Part shown: one piece after another, positions 44,106 through 52,696 of the stretch
Layout of the letters: each line of letters begins with the position of its first letter
How positions within the stretch are numbered: the stretch's first letter is position 1
NCBI GenBank assembly: GCA_001701225.1
Contig: DAAQ01000021.1
Span: 73,950-137,949, forward strand
DNA from: Bacteroidales bacterium H5
Lineage (GTDB): Bacteria > Bacteroidota > Bacteroidia > Bacteroidales > Muribaculaceae
Length of the DNA: 64,000 nt
Reading direction: 5' to 3'
The notes under the pieces: generated by a model
Told to the model about the DNA's origin: nothing
The model's database searches: none
What the model saw: the letters and a program-made list of their open reading frames with translations, nothing else
Position numbers and translations under genes: made by a program

Positions 44106-45326
44106 TCATATTTTGGATCTCAGAAATGATATGTCAATTTTGGCCCGATAAAGAAGGCTTTTCACCATGGTCTTGATTCGCTCTAATTTAGTTAATCTAC
44201 TATATCCATTTGCAGATTTAAAAAACGTATTCTTTGTAATTGGAACATACATTGATGGATGGCTCATGACCTCACTCATGACTTTCTCCATTTTATCAGC
44301 CCAAATCACATGCGATAAATTATCAGTGAGAAATCTGAAAGATTGTGTATATTGGTCAATATATTTGTTATGATTAGTGATTATGTAGGACAGTTTATCA
44401 AATATATCTGATGATGACCCTTGCTTCGTTATGAAGCCGACCCCACTCGCCTCAACTAATTCTCTACTTCCGTGCTTCGAATCGCTTATTACAGGAATAC
44501 ATCCGCCTCTCATAGCTTCAAGCAATGTCATCGGACATCCTTCACCTCGGGAAGGAAGTAGAAATATGTTCGCTGACTCAATAATCTCAATTGCTTTCTC
44601 TCGAGATAATTTACCTGTGATTATCAATCTTGGGTCAGATTTGAATAAATCGTATGTCTCATGGAGACCGAATATGGATAGGTTGGCACTCGGGAGTTTC
44701 GTGCCTCCAAGCCAGTAGAATTCAAAGTCTAAATCAGAGTCGATTAACCTGTATATCAGCTTTTGGATTACATCAACACTTTTTTCAATAGATGTACCGC
44801 CGGGATATACGATTCGTAGAGGTTTATGTGATGCCTTGTCTAATTTTGGACTTTTAGACGTTTCAACGAAGTTGTAGATGACTTTTATTTTCTCTGTTAT
44901 TTTTATGCGGAATCTGTCTATCAGGAATTTCTTGCCATATTCTGACAGAGCAATTATTGCATCTATATTATCTGCGTTGTAGCCTGCATTAAGGGCAAGT
45001 TTGCCATTTACAAAATGACTTACACTGATTATTGCAGGTTTAAGAAATGGGGCTAAAACCGGGATGAATTGAGAATTGCTATTTATGATGCAGTCGTATT
45101 CATCCTCGTTTATTTTTGTTACAAGTTTGGCACAATAATCATAGTCATTGTTTGAATGTCCGTAAGTGCGGTATGTTTTTTCGTACCCTTCTACTTCAAC
45201 CTCATTTGCATCAGTCAGTAGATAAATACTGTTTTTATGACTGAGCAATCTGACAAGCTCCTGATTGTAGGACGCTATCCCTCCACCGGAGGGAATAGCC
45301 ATTGATGTCGCAAGGAGAATCTTCAT
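44106..45326 (-). CDS. Glycosyltransferase family 4
   Basis: GGGIASY, FLLPSRGEGCPMTLLEAMRGGCIPV (EX7E). Confidence 0.88.
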   Translation of the reverse strand: MKILLATSMAIPSGGGIASYNQELVRLLSHKNSIYLLTDANEVEVEGYEKTYRTYGHSNNDYDYCAKLVTKINEDEYDCIINSNSQFIPVLAPFLKPAIISVSHFVNGKLALNAGYNADNIDAIIALSEYGKKFLIDRFRIKITEKIKVIYNFVETSKSPKLDKASHKPLRIVYPGGTSIEKSVDVIQKLIYRLIDSDLDFEFYWLGGTKLPSANLSIFGLHETYDLFKSDPRLIITGKLSREKAIEIIESANIFLLPSRGEGCPMTLLEAMRGGCIPVISDSKHGSRELVEASGVGFITKQGSSSDIFDKLSYIITNHNKYIDQYTQSFRFLTDNLSHVIWADKMEKVMSEVMSHPSMYVPITKNTFFKSANGYSRLTKLERIKTMVKSLLYRAKIDISFLRSKI

Positions 45327-46543
45327 GCTGTGATGGTCTTCTGATTGTTACGGACTGCCATGAATAGGCTGATATGACGTTTTGAAGGTCTAAGTATGGA
45401 GTTTGCTATGGTTGCTGCGGAGACAAAAAAACTCAATAGCCATGGGTTTATGTAAAAGACATAGAATACATTGTCTATGGCATAGAATATTCCATAGACA
45501 AGGAAGCAGTTTGCAACAGTGTTGTCAATACCCTTTCGTCTTGCGAGATATGCTCGTCGGATGAGTCTACATATTAGCATGATATAGATTACAGATGCAA
45601 GGAGTCCGTTATTTGCGAAAAGCTCGAGATAGCTGTTATGTGAAAAACAACCCTCGGGGGTAAGGAGTCTGAAATTACCGGGACCTACCCCAGTAATGGG
45701 ATTTTCGCATCCGATGCGTATGGCATCTTTGATAAGAACAACTCGAGGGTCGTCAATAGCTCTGACTTGCGAACGTTTTGACAACTCACTTTCGTCATAA
45801 AATTTTGTGACATATTCGAATCCGACATAACCGGCAACAGATAGTATCACAACCCCGGAAAGGAAAATTTTTGCTTTTGGTTTCCAATATCTTAAAAAAA
45901 GATATATTCCTATCATAGGAATTTCCAAAATCAATATCTGTCTTGATGCGGTGAGGAGAGCCAATATGAAAGATATAGGAATGATTGCAAGAAATAACAG
46001 ATTGGAAATGCGTCTCGCATATCCTTTGGATATGCATCCCCAATAGAATGTTATGAATGTTGCGCTTAACAGAAGGTAGCCAAACATATTGGCATTCAGG
46101 TTCTCGTCGCTGAGGCGTGCCCCGGTGTTAGCTACAACAATATCAAGTAGATTGTTATATGCGTATACTATACAGTTTATAAGGAGAACAAGATATACCC
46201 CCAGAAGCCAGTTCCGTGCTTTCGGTATTGCTGCAAGAGTCGCGCTGATATAACAGAATAGAAAGACTCCTGCTAAAGATTGAAGTTCCTTAGCTGCGAT
46301 TTCAGTGTCGAGGGCTGTTACAAAGGTTATACAACACCAAGTGAACAAAACAATAATGATGCGGAGATATGGGTTTCGGGTTATGGTATTATGCCTTAGA
46401 AATGAGAGGAGGAAGGATATGGGAATCAATCCCCACAGACAAATCTTATATAGGTTCACCTCAAAGTAGAATATGGCACATAGATATAAAGATATTAGAC
46501 TGATTATGTCGGTGCTGCCCAGCTTGTCTTTTCTTGTAATCAT
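45323..46543 (-). CDS. wzy: Wzy polymerase / O-antigen ligase family membrane protein
   Basis: About 10 TM segments; NLNANMFG, LTASR, NPITGVGPGNF..SHNSYLELF. Confidence 0.8.
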   Translation of the reverse strand: MITRKDKLGSTDIISLISLYLCAIFYFEVNLYKICLWGLIPISFLLSFLRHNTITRNPYLRIIIVLFTWCCITFVTALDTEIAAKELQSLAGVFLFCYISATLAAIPKARNWLLGVYLVLLINCIVYAYNNLLDIVVANTGARLSDENLNANMFGYLLLSATFITFYWGCISKGYARRISNLLFLAIIPISFILALLTASRQILILEIPMIGIYLFLRYWKPKAKIFLSGVVILSVAGYVGFEYVTKFYDESELSKRSQVRAIDDPRVVLIKDAIRIGCENPITGVGPGNFRLLTPEGCFSHNSYLELFANNGLLASVIYIMLICRLIRRAYLARRKGIDNTVANCFLVYGIFYAIDNVFYVFYINPWLLSFFVSAATIANSILRPSKRHISLFMAVRNNQKTITA

Positions 46544-46547
46544 TGGA

Positions 46548-48026
46548 TTATTTGACAGAATTGATTTCCCTTACATATCCCATAATGGGTCTACGGAAAA
46601 GAAGGGATAAGATGAATAGGATTATGGACATGCAGATAATGAGTCTTGGGACATGATTCATGTCGGGCAATATATCTGATTGTACGTAGTGTGCTAAGAA
46701 TCCCATTACGCATAGTGATGCGGTAATCTCTATGATTTTATGCCAGTTGAATTTACTGAAAAGAGACGTGTCAAGTATCTTACCGGCACCTCGTAAATAG
46801 AGCATATTAGCATAGAGCATTGTCATCAAAGTTGCAATCGCCGGACCAAGTATGCCTATGGTGCAGTAGAGTCCAATCCCTGCGATGATATTCAATATGA
46901 GAGATTGGATTGCGATTGAAAGAAGCTTTGCTGCTTGTCCTGTCGAGCTGTAAATGAGTGATATATTGGCGAAACGTAGTAGGTCGACAAGTAGATAGAT
47001 AATGAAGACCCCGAGTCCGCTGACAAATTTGTAATCATATAATGTAAGCAGAAGGTCTTTAGCGCATATTATTGATGAACCGACCAAAATCATTGTAGAG
47101 AGGATGCCTAAATTAAGGTATGCCGAGAATATACTTGTAACCCACGGTTTATTTTTTTGTATGTTGGAGGTGATAACGGGTATCAAAATCGTGGAAAATG
47201 ATGTCATCAACATATCATAAGGGAGTACTCGGCTGCAGTTGGCATATATTCCAAGTTCGTCTGTAGTGCCGAAATATCCAATAATCCATTTGTCAATATC
47301 TCTGAGTAAAGCGTTAAGTACTATGAAGACAGCCATGGGAATACTGTAGCTCAGGATAGGCCGGATGAGTCTATTGTCAAACAAGTCGAGATTGAACAGT
47401 TTTATGCCATGAGTGTGCAAGTCAAAAATAAAGTATAATACCTGGAGAAAGTCACATATAAATGTCAGCGCAAGAATAGTTATTATGGATCCTGTAGCAT
47501 AGGTAGCATATAAGAAGATTGCGAATCTTATAAAACATATTATTAGATTGCGTATTAGGATGACTTTTACTTTTCCGATGGATATGTATAATACCTGTAT
47601 CATCGGCAATAAATTGGCCATCAATGGCTGGAATGCTATCCAGACATATGCTGACGATAATGCCGGATTTTCAAAGTATATGGTGAGAATGTTTTCTGAT
47701 AGAAGGATAAAGAGCCCTCCGAGAGTGCCGATAATAAGTTGCAGGAAAAAGATAGTTGAGATGAAATTACGATTCCTTTCAGCATGTTCAGACGGAGTAT
47801 TATTATAGAAGAAATTCACCGCGTCAGTCATCCCGAGGATTGTTATTGAGGTGAACGTGGTGACTATCAGGAGTGCTTCAGAATATGTGCCATATTCCTC
47901 AAGAGAGAAATGGACGGAAACTATCTTGATGCAGACAAGAGTTAGCAACGTTGACAATAATCTCACGATAGTCAGGAAAAATGCTTCAACGGATTTGCCT
48001 TTCTTATTGAAAATGTTAATTTTCAT
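46548..48026 (-). CDS. wzx: Wzx oligosaccharide flippase
   Basis: About 12-14 TM segments; SLEEYGTYS, YSIPMA..DIDKWIIG..LGIYA; start set at the internal ATG (MKINI). Confidence 0.85.
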   Translation of the reverse strand: MKINIFNKKGKSVEAFFLTIVRLLSTLLTLVCIKIVSVHFSLEEYGTYSEALLIVTTFTSITILGMTDAVNFFYNNTPSEHAERNRNFISTIFFLQLIIGTLGGLFILLSENILTIYFENPALSSAYVWIAFQPLMANLLPMIQVLYISIGKVKVILIRNLIICFIRFAIFLYATYATGSIITILALTFICDFLQVLYFIFDLHTHGIKLFNLDLFDNRLIRPILSYSIPMAVFIVLNALLRDIDKWIIGYFGTTDELGIYANCSRVLPYDMLMTSFSTILIPVITSNIQKNKPWVTSIFSAYLNLGILSTMILVGSSIICAKDLLLTLYDYKFVSGLGVFIIYLLVDLLRFANISLIYSSTGQAAKLLSIAIQSLILNIIAGIGLYCTIGILGPAIATLMTMLYANMLYLRGAGKILDTSLFSKFNWHKIIEITASLCVMGFLAHYVQSDILPDMNHVPRLIICMSIILFILSLLFRRPIMGYVREINSVK

Positions 48027-48271
48027 ATGGCAAATAATATAGGATGCATCTGTTGGTTTTTGGGTAAAATCTTCCATTCCGGCTCCTCGGGCGGGGTCGG
48101 GATGGCGGGGAGGCTCGATGTCGTGTCCGAGGCTCGGTGTGGATGCCTGGTTCCAGGCGTCGTGTACCGTCTCTCCTGTGTCTGTCTCCATGGTTTGGCC
48201 TGTGGCCGGGAGTGAACAGACTCACTCCGTCTTTGAAAAAGGTCTGTCGTATTTTTGTTAATTTATGAACG

Positions 48272-48279
48272 CAAAATTA
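48272..48279 (-). promoter_or_regulatory. Candidate -7 promoter element of the polysaccharide locus
   Basis: TAATTTTG on the minus strand about 245 nt upstream of the wzx ATG. Confidence 0.55.
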
Positions 48280-48305
48280 AGGTTTTTTTGCTTATCGTGC
48301 AAATT

Positions 48306-49433
48306 TCACAGATAGTATTTGGGACAGATATGGCACCTCAGGGGCCTTGGATCTATGGCTGCCGGAATACGTGAATCGCCTGAGGAAGAGTGAAGATATG
48401 TGGTCATGGAGGTGGGATGAGGATGTGTCTCGTCGGGAGCGAGCAGCAGTATGTGGTCGTCGTAGGGGAGGTGTCTGAAGGTCTCCGCCATGGTGATTGG
48501 AGCCGGGAGCATTATGCCTGTGGGTGTTATTTCGGGCTGTGCCTCGGGGTAGGCGTGGAGATGGGCGGTGCGGACGAGAGTGTCAAGCGACGCAGGGCCG
48601 GAGGTGACAGGCTGTCGGCCGAATGCGGCGATGGCTCCGGGCATCGGGTCGGGGAGGAGGTCAGGCAGGTCGATGATGTCGGCGTGGATGCCGGGGTGTG
48701 GATGACCAAGTGTGACCTCGGCACGGGCTATGCGGAGTCCGTAAGGACCGGGGTTGATGATGAGGGTCGTGCCTGTGCGGGTGATGCCGATGTCGCTGTG
48801 GACGTGTCCGCAGAATATGATGTCGAGTCCGGGGGACTGGCGTGCTATCGCGGCGCTCTCTTCGGGGCCGATGTGGAAGAGGCCAACAGTCAGGTCGGGA
48901 CGGTGGAGGCTGTTGATTTCACTTATGGCTTCGCGGACGGCCTGTGCGGCGGGGATGAAGCGGGCCCCGGAGTGGAGAAACAGCGGAGTCTCGGTCGTGG
49001 CGACACCTATGACGGCTATACGCAGGTCTCCGCGCCTGATGATGGTGTATGGGCTGAGGCACGGTATGCCTCTGACATTGCAGGCGATGAGGGGGGCGGT
49101 AAGTTCAGCCGCATAGCGCGACATAATGGCTTCGCCTGTGTCGAGGTCGTGATTTCCCGGTGTCATGGCGTCGTATGGTATGCCGTTGGCTATGAGGGCC
49201 GGGATGTGCGGCGATGACAGTCCGACATGGTTTGACCAGTGTGCGGCTATGCCTCCGCCCATGAAGTCGCCCGCGTCAAGCACTATCGTGTCGGGCCGGG
49301 CATGGCGCGTATGCATGACGAACTCCCTGACCCGCGCTATGTTGCCTGCGCCGGGCCGGGGAGTGATATGTCCGCCGTAATACAGACCGTGGAGGTCTGT
49401 GGTGGCGAGTATGGTCACGGTGGTATCTGTCAT
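48306..49433 (-). CDS. Calcineurin-like metallophosphoesterase (5'-nucleotidase/CpdB N-domain-like), divergent C-terminus
   Basis: ILATTDLHG, LDAGD, PGNHD, FHIG, GHVH. Confidence 0.78.
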   Translation of the reverse strand: MTDTTVTILATTDLHGLYYGGHITPRPGAGNIARVREFVMHTRHARPDTIVLDAGDFMGGGIAAHWSNHVGLSSPHIPALIANGIPYDAMTPGNHDLDTGEAIMSRYAAELTAPLIACNVRGIPCLSPYTIIRRGDLRIAVIGVATTETPLFLHSGARFIPAAQAVREAISEINSLHRPDLTVGLFHIGPEESAAIARQSPGLDIIFCGHVHSDIGITRTGTTLIINPGPYGLRIARAEVTLGHPHPGIHADIIDLPDLLPDPMPGAIAAFGRQPVTSGPASLDTLVRTAHLHAYPEAQPEITPTGIMLPAPITMAETFRHLPYDDHILLLAPDETHPHPTSMTTYLHSSSGDSRIPAAIDPRPLRCHICPKYYL

Positions 49434-50209
49434 CAGGGGTTAGGGCCGGTATAGAGGGCGCGCACTTTGCCGACAGGGAGGCGTCCCTCGACCTTGAGAG
49501 GGATGCGCCGCGAGTCTGCTGTGATCCATCCCTGAATCGGGGCCGAGCTCTCGACACCCCGGCGCGTGAAGGTGAAATTTATATAGTATGTGTCTATGTC
49601 GCGTCCGCCCGATGGGAGTGTCTGGTGGCCGAGATAGGTTATCTTGAGGCGCTCTTTCTTGGAGCCCGAGAATATGTTGACGGTGTGGCTCTCGCCGTTC
49701 TGCATCGAGTCGAAATCGAGTGTGCGCAGATAGAAGAACGAACTGAGCATGTCTACAGTCATTCCGTTGGCCTCAAGCTCGATGGTCGACTCGGTGAGGG
49801 GTGCTTTGGGCGATGCCCGCTTGTATCTGACGGCCTTGGCCGTGAATGTATCGCCCGAGTGCTGGAACGTGAGCACGTCTTTCTTATACTTTCCGGCCTC
49901 GTGGGCTATGTAGGTGTACTCAGTGGGATACAGTCCCTGGCGCGTTATGGTGGTGTATAGGGTGTCGCGCAGCGAGTAGATGCTGTTGGCCCATGGGGCG
50001 TTGCGGGCGAAGAGGCTGGCCCTGTAGCAGTCGCCGTCGCCACGGAGGGTCATTGTGGCATATCCGGCCACCTTGTTTATGAAGCCCCACTTATAGATGA
50101 CGTCATAGGTGAGGGTCTCGTCGACAAGCGAGGTGAGGCCCGATTGTGCGCGGCCCGATGTGATGCCCATGACGAGGGCTGCGAGCATAAGGATGAAAGT
50201 CCGTTTCAT
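49433..50209 (-). CDS. DUF3108 domain secreted protein
   Basis: Signal peptide; ETLTYDVIYKWG..AG.A, YSLRDT, DMLSSFFYLR, WITADSRRIPLK. Confidence 0.8.
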   Translation of the reverse strand: MKRTFILMLAALVMGITSGRAQSGLTSLVDETLTYDVIYKWGFINKVAGYATMTLRGDGDCYRASLFARNAPWANSIYSLRDTLYTTITRQGLYPTEYTYIAHEAGKYKKDVLTFQHSGDTFTAKAVRYKRASPKAPLTESTIELEANGMTVDMLSSFFYLRTLDFDSMQNGESHTVNIFSGSKKERLKITYLGHQTLPSGGRDIDTYYINFTFTRRGVESSAPIQGWITADSRRIPLKVEGRLPVGKVRALYTGPNP

Positions 50210-50260
50210 AGGGAGTTGAATGTGAGGGGAGGGCGAGGGGAGAGGGGTGTGCTCCCGGCC

Positions 50261-50899
50261 TCAGTTGTTTATTAGTTCTTTGAAGGGTAGGGCCGAGCGG
50301 GCTGCCTGTTCGATGCGTTTGTTGCGCCAGCATTTGCGACATACGGCTATATAGCGTTCGTCGCCGCCTATCTCGACCTGCTCGCCCTCTTCGACAAAAT
50401 CGCCGTTGCGGTCGATGCGGGCGTTGATGATGGTCTTGCGGCCGCAGGTGCAGGTCGACTTTATCTCGTCGATGGTATCGGCTATCTCGAAGAGGCGTCG
50501 CGAGCCTTCGAAGAGGCGGCTCTTGAAATCGGTTCGCAGGCCGTAGCAGATCACGTTGCTGCCGAAATCATCGACGATTCTCGAGAGCTGGTCTATCTGG
50601 TCGGCGGTCAGGAACTGGGCCTCGTCGACCAGAATCCAGTCTATCACGGCATCTGTCTGCCCGAACATCTCGCGTGCCATCTCGTAGATGTCTGTCTCGT
50701 GATATATCCAGCGGCATTCGCGCTCGATGCCTATGCGCGAGCGGATTACGTTGGTAGACTCGCGGGTGTCTACGAAAGGTTTGAGGCATACGTAGCGCAT
50801 GCCGCGCTCTTCGAAATTATATGCTGTCGTGAGCAGCAGGGCAGTCTTTGCCGAGCCCATTGTGCCGTATCTGAAATAGAGTTTCCCTTTGCGGTACAT
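50261..50899 (-). CDS. tdk: Thymidine kinase
   Basis: KLYFRYGTMGSAKT, ILVDEAQFL, CYGLRTDF, CTCG..YIAVCRKC; minus-strand TACCTTTG at 50939-50946. Confidence 0.95.
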   Translation of the reverse strand: MYRKGKLYFRYGTMGSAKTALLLTTAYNFEERGMRYVCLKPFVDTRESTNVIRSRIGIERECRWIYHETDIYEMAREMFGQTDAVIDWILVDEAQFLTADQIDQLSRIVDDFGSNVICYGLRTDFKSRLFEGSRRLFEIADTIDEIKSTCTCGRKTIINARIDRNGDFVEEGEQVEIGGDERYIAVCRKCWRNKRIEQAARSALPFKELINN

Positions 50900-50957
50900 C
50901 TGTGGTGGTGTTTGGTCGGGGTTGAGAAAAAATCGGCACAAAGGTAGTGAATCTTTC

Positions 50958-51602
50958 TTATTCGCCCAACTTTTCGCCCTGCCGTGTGAGCACAAAATCC
51001 TCGTGACCCGATTCGTATTTGAGGAGTGTGCCCTTGATTTTCACGTCGTCCATCAGTTTCATGCTGCCATAGCGGTGTGCCAGGGCTGTGCGCAGAGCCT
51101 GCTCGAGACCTTTGGCTACCTGGGGCCTCATCTTCTCTATCTCGGGCTGCGGCATTGAGGTGAGAGACTGGGAGGTAACCATGAGCTGGTCGGGGTCGAC
51201 GATGACGGTAAGGGTCTGCGGGTCGATCGAGAGAGAAATCTCGTCATGGTCGATAGCGCTCCATGTGCCACGCACATTGGCTACAGCCGATGCGGTGAGG
51301 CTGAGGGGTTCCACAGATTCCCCTTCGGCTACAATCTGCGAGTTCATCGAGATAGCGGCGGTGATGTATAGGGGGCCGACGGGGAACTTGCCGTCAGAAA
51401 TCAACGCCGAGTCGGGTGCGAAGAAATATGTGTCTGTGACGGTGGCTGTGAGGGCCTGTCCGTCCGTGACGGTCTCGGGAGTCCCGGCCCATGTCCCGGC
51501 CAGCTGACCGGCGAGACGTTTCTCGCTGCTCTCGCAGGATGTCGTTGCGATGACAGCGCCAAGACAGAGCACGGCTCCTGTCAGGATGGATGAAATTTTC
51601 AT
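50958..51602 (-). CDS. Hypothetical lipoprotein
   Basis: Lipobox-like signal (..IATTSC) followed by LAGTW. Confidence 0.7.
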   Translation of the reverse strand: MKISSILTGAVLCLGAVIATTSCESSEKRLAGQLAGTWAGTPETVTDGQALTATVTDTYFFAPDSALISDGKFPVGPLYITAAISMNSQIVAEGESVEPLSLTASAVANVRGTWSAIDHDEISLSIDPQTLTVIVDPDQLMVTSQSLTSMPQPEIEKMRPQVAKGLEQALRTALAHRYGSMKLMDDVKIKGTLLKYESGHEDFVLTRQGEKLGE

Positions 51603-51711
51603 ATATCGTAAAGATTTTTTATCTAAATAAACGTACAGGAGGGCGCAATGGTTTCATCTGATATGAAAAATCGCTAAATTTGCACTCTGTAAACCTTCAT
51701 CCCCATAGCCT

Positions 51712-52044
51712 ATGAGTGTCAATAAAGTCATCCTGCTTGGTAATGTGGGCCGCGATCCCGAGATAAGATATGTCCAGACACGGCCTATAGCCACCTTCTC
51801 GCTGGCCACCAACGAGCCTGCTCCGGCTGCGGGGCCTGACGGGGCTCCGGCACCACAGCCACGCACCGAGTGGCACAACATCGTCATGTGGGACTCGCAG
51901 GCCGAGGTTGCCGAGCGATATATCCGCAAGGGCACACGGCTGTATGTCGAGGGCAAGCTGCGTCACCGCGTCTGGCAAGACCGTAACGCCATCTCGCGTA
52001 CTGTCACCGAGATATATGTCGAGTTTTTCGAGATTCTTGGCTGA
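51712..52044 (+). CDS. ssb: Single-stranded DNA-binding protein (OB fold only, no acidic tail)
   Basis: SVNKVILLGNVGRDPE, FSLATNE, TEWHNIV, KGTRLYVEGKL; TAAATTTG at 51675-51682. Confidence 0.9.
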   Translation: MSVNKVILLGNVGRDPEIRYVQTRPIATFSLATNEPAPAAGPDGAPAPQPRTEWHNIVMWDSQAEVAERYIRKGTRLYVEGKLRHRVWQDRNAISRTVTEIYVEFFEILG

Positions 52045-52099
52045 GGGGACGGGCGGACAGCTGTTTTTCATTCCATCAATACATACTTACATACATATT

Positions 52100-52690
52100 A
52101 TGTTTCATCCTCTTGCAAATCTTGACCGCTATGATGTGGTCCTGGCCAGCGGGTCGCCGAGACGCCGTGAGCTGCTGGCGATGCTCGACATACAGTTTAC
52201 GGTTGACACCTCGCACTCTGTCGACGAAACCGTCCCCGACGGAATGGCCCCCGAGGAGATTCCCGCCTATCTCTCGCAGCTCAAGGCCGCAGCCTATCCA
52301 CTTGAGGACGGGAGTGACAAGCTTGTCATCACCGCCGATACGGTCGTGATTCTCGACGGCACTGTGCTCGGTAAACCCGCCTCCCTGTGCGAGGCTACCG
52401 ACATGCTTGCCATGCTGCAGGGGCGCACCCAGCAGGTGGTCACGGGTGTGACCATCCGCACAGCCACGGATTCGCTGACGTTCAGCGCTACATCCGAGGT
52501 TGATTTCGGCACGCTCACGCCCGAAGAGATTGCCTATTATGTCGAGAGCTACAGCCCTCTTGACAAGGCGGGGGCATACGGCATACAGGAGTGGATAGGG
52601 GCGGCCGCCATACGCGGCATCCGTGGCAGCTTCTATAACGTCATGGGCCTCCCTGTGCACCGCCTGTATAGCGAGCTCAAGAAATTCTGA
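52100..52690 (+). CDS. maf: Maf-like nucleoside triphosphate pyrophosphatase
   Basis: LASGSPRRRELL, ITADTVV..LGKP, DKAGAYGIQ, NVMGLP. Confidence 0.93.
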   Translation: MFHPLANLDRYDVVLASGSPRRRELLAMLDIQFTVDTSHSVDETVPDGMAPEEIPAYLSQLKAAAYPLEDGSDKLVITADTVVILDGTVLGKPASLCEATDMLAMLQGRTQQVVTGVTIRTATDSLTFSATSEVDFGTLTPEEIAYYVESYSPLDKAGAYGIQEWIGAAAIRGIRGSFYNVMGLPVHRLYSELKKF

Positions 52691-52696
52691 CGACCT

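Noticed and set aside
48230..48305. Invertible promoter for the polysaccharide locus
   Set aside because: No convincing flanking inverted repeats and no recombinase gene found by eye.
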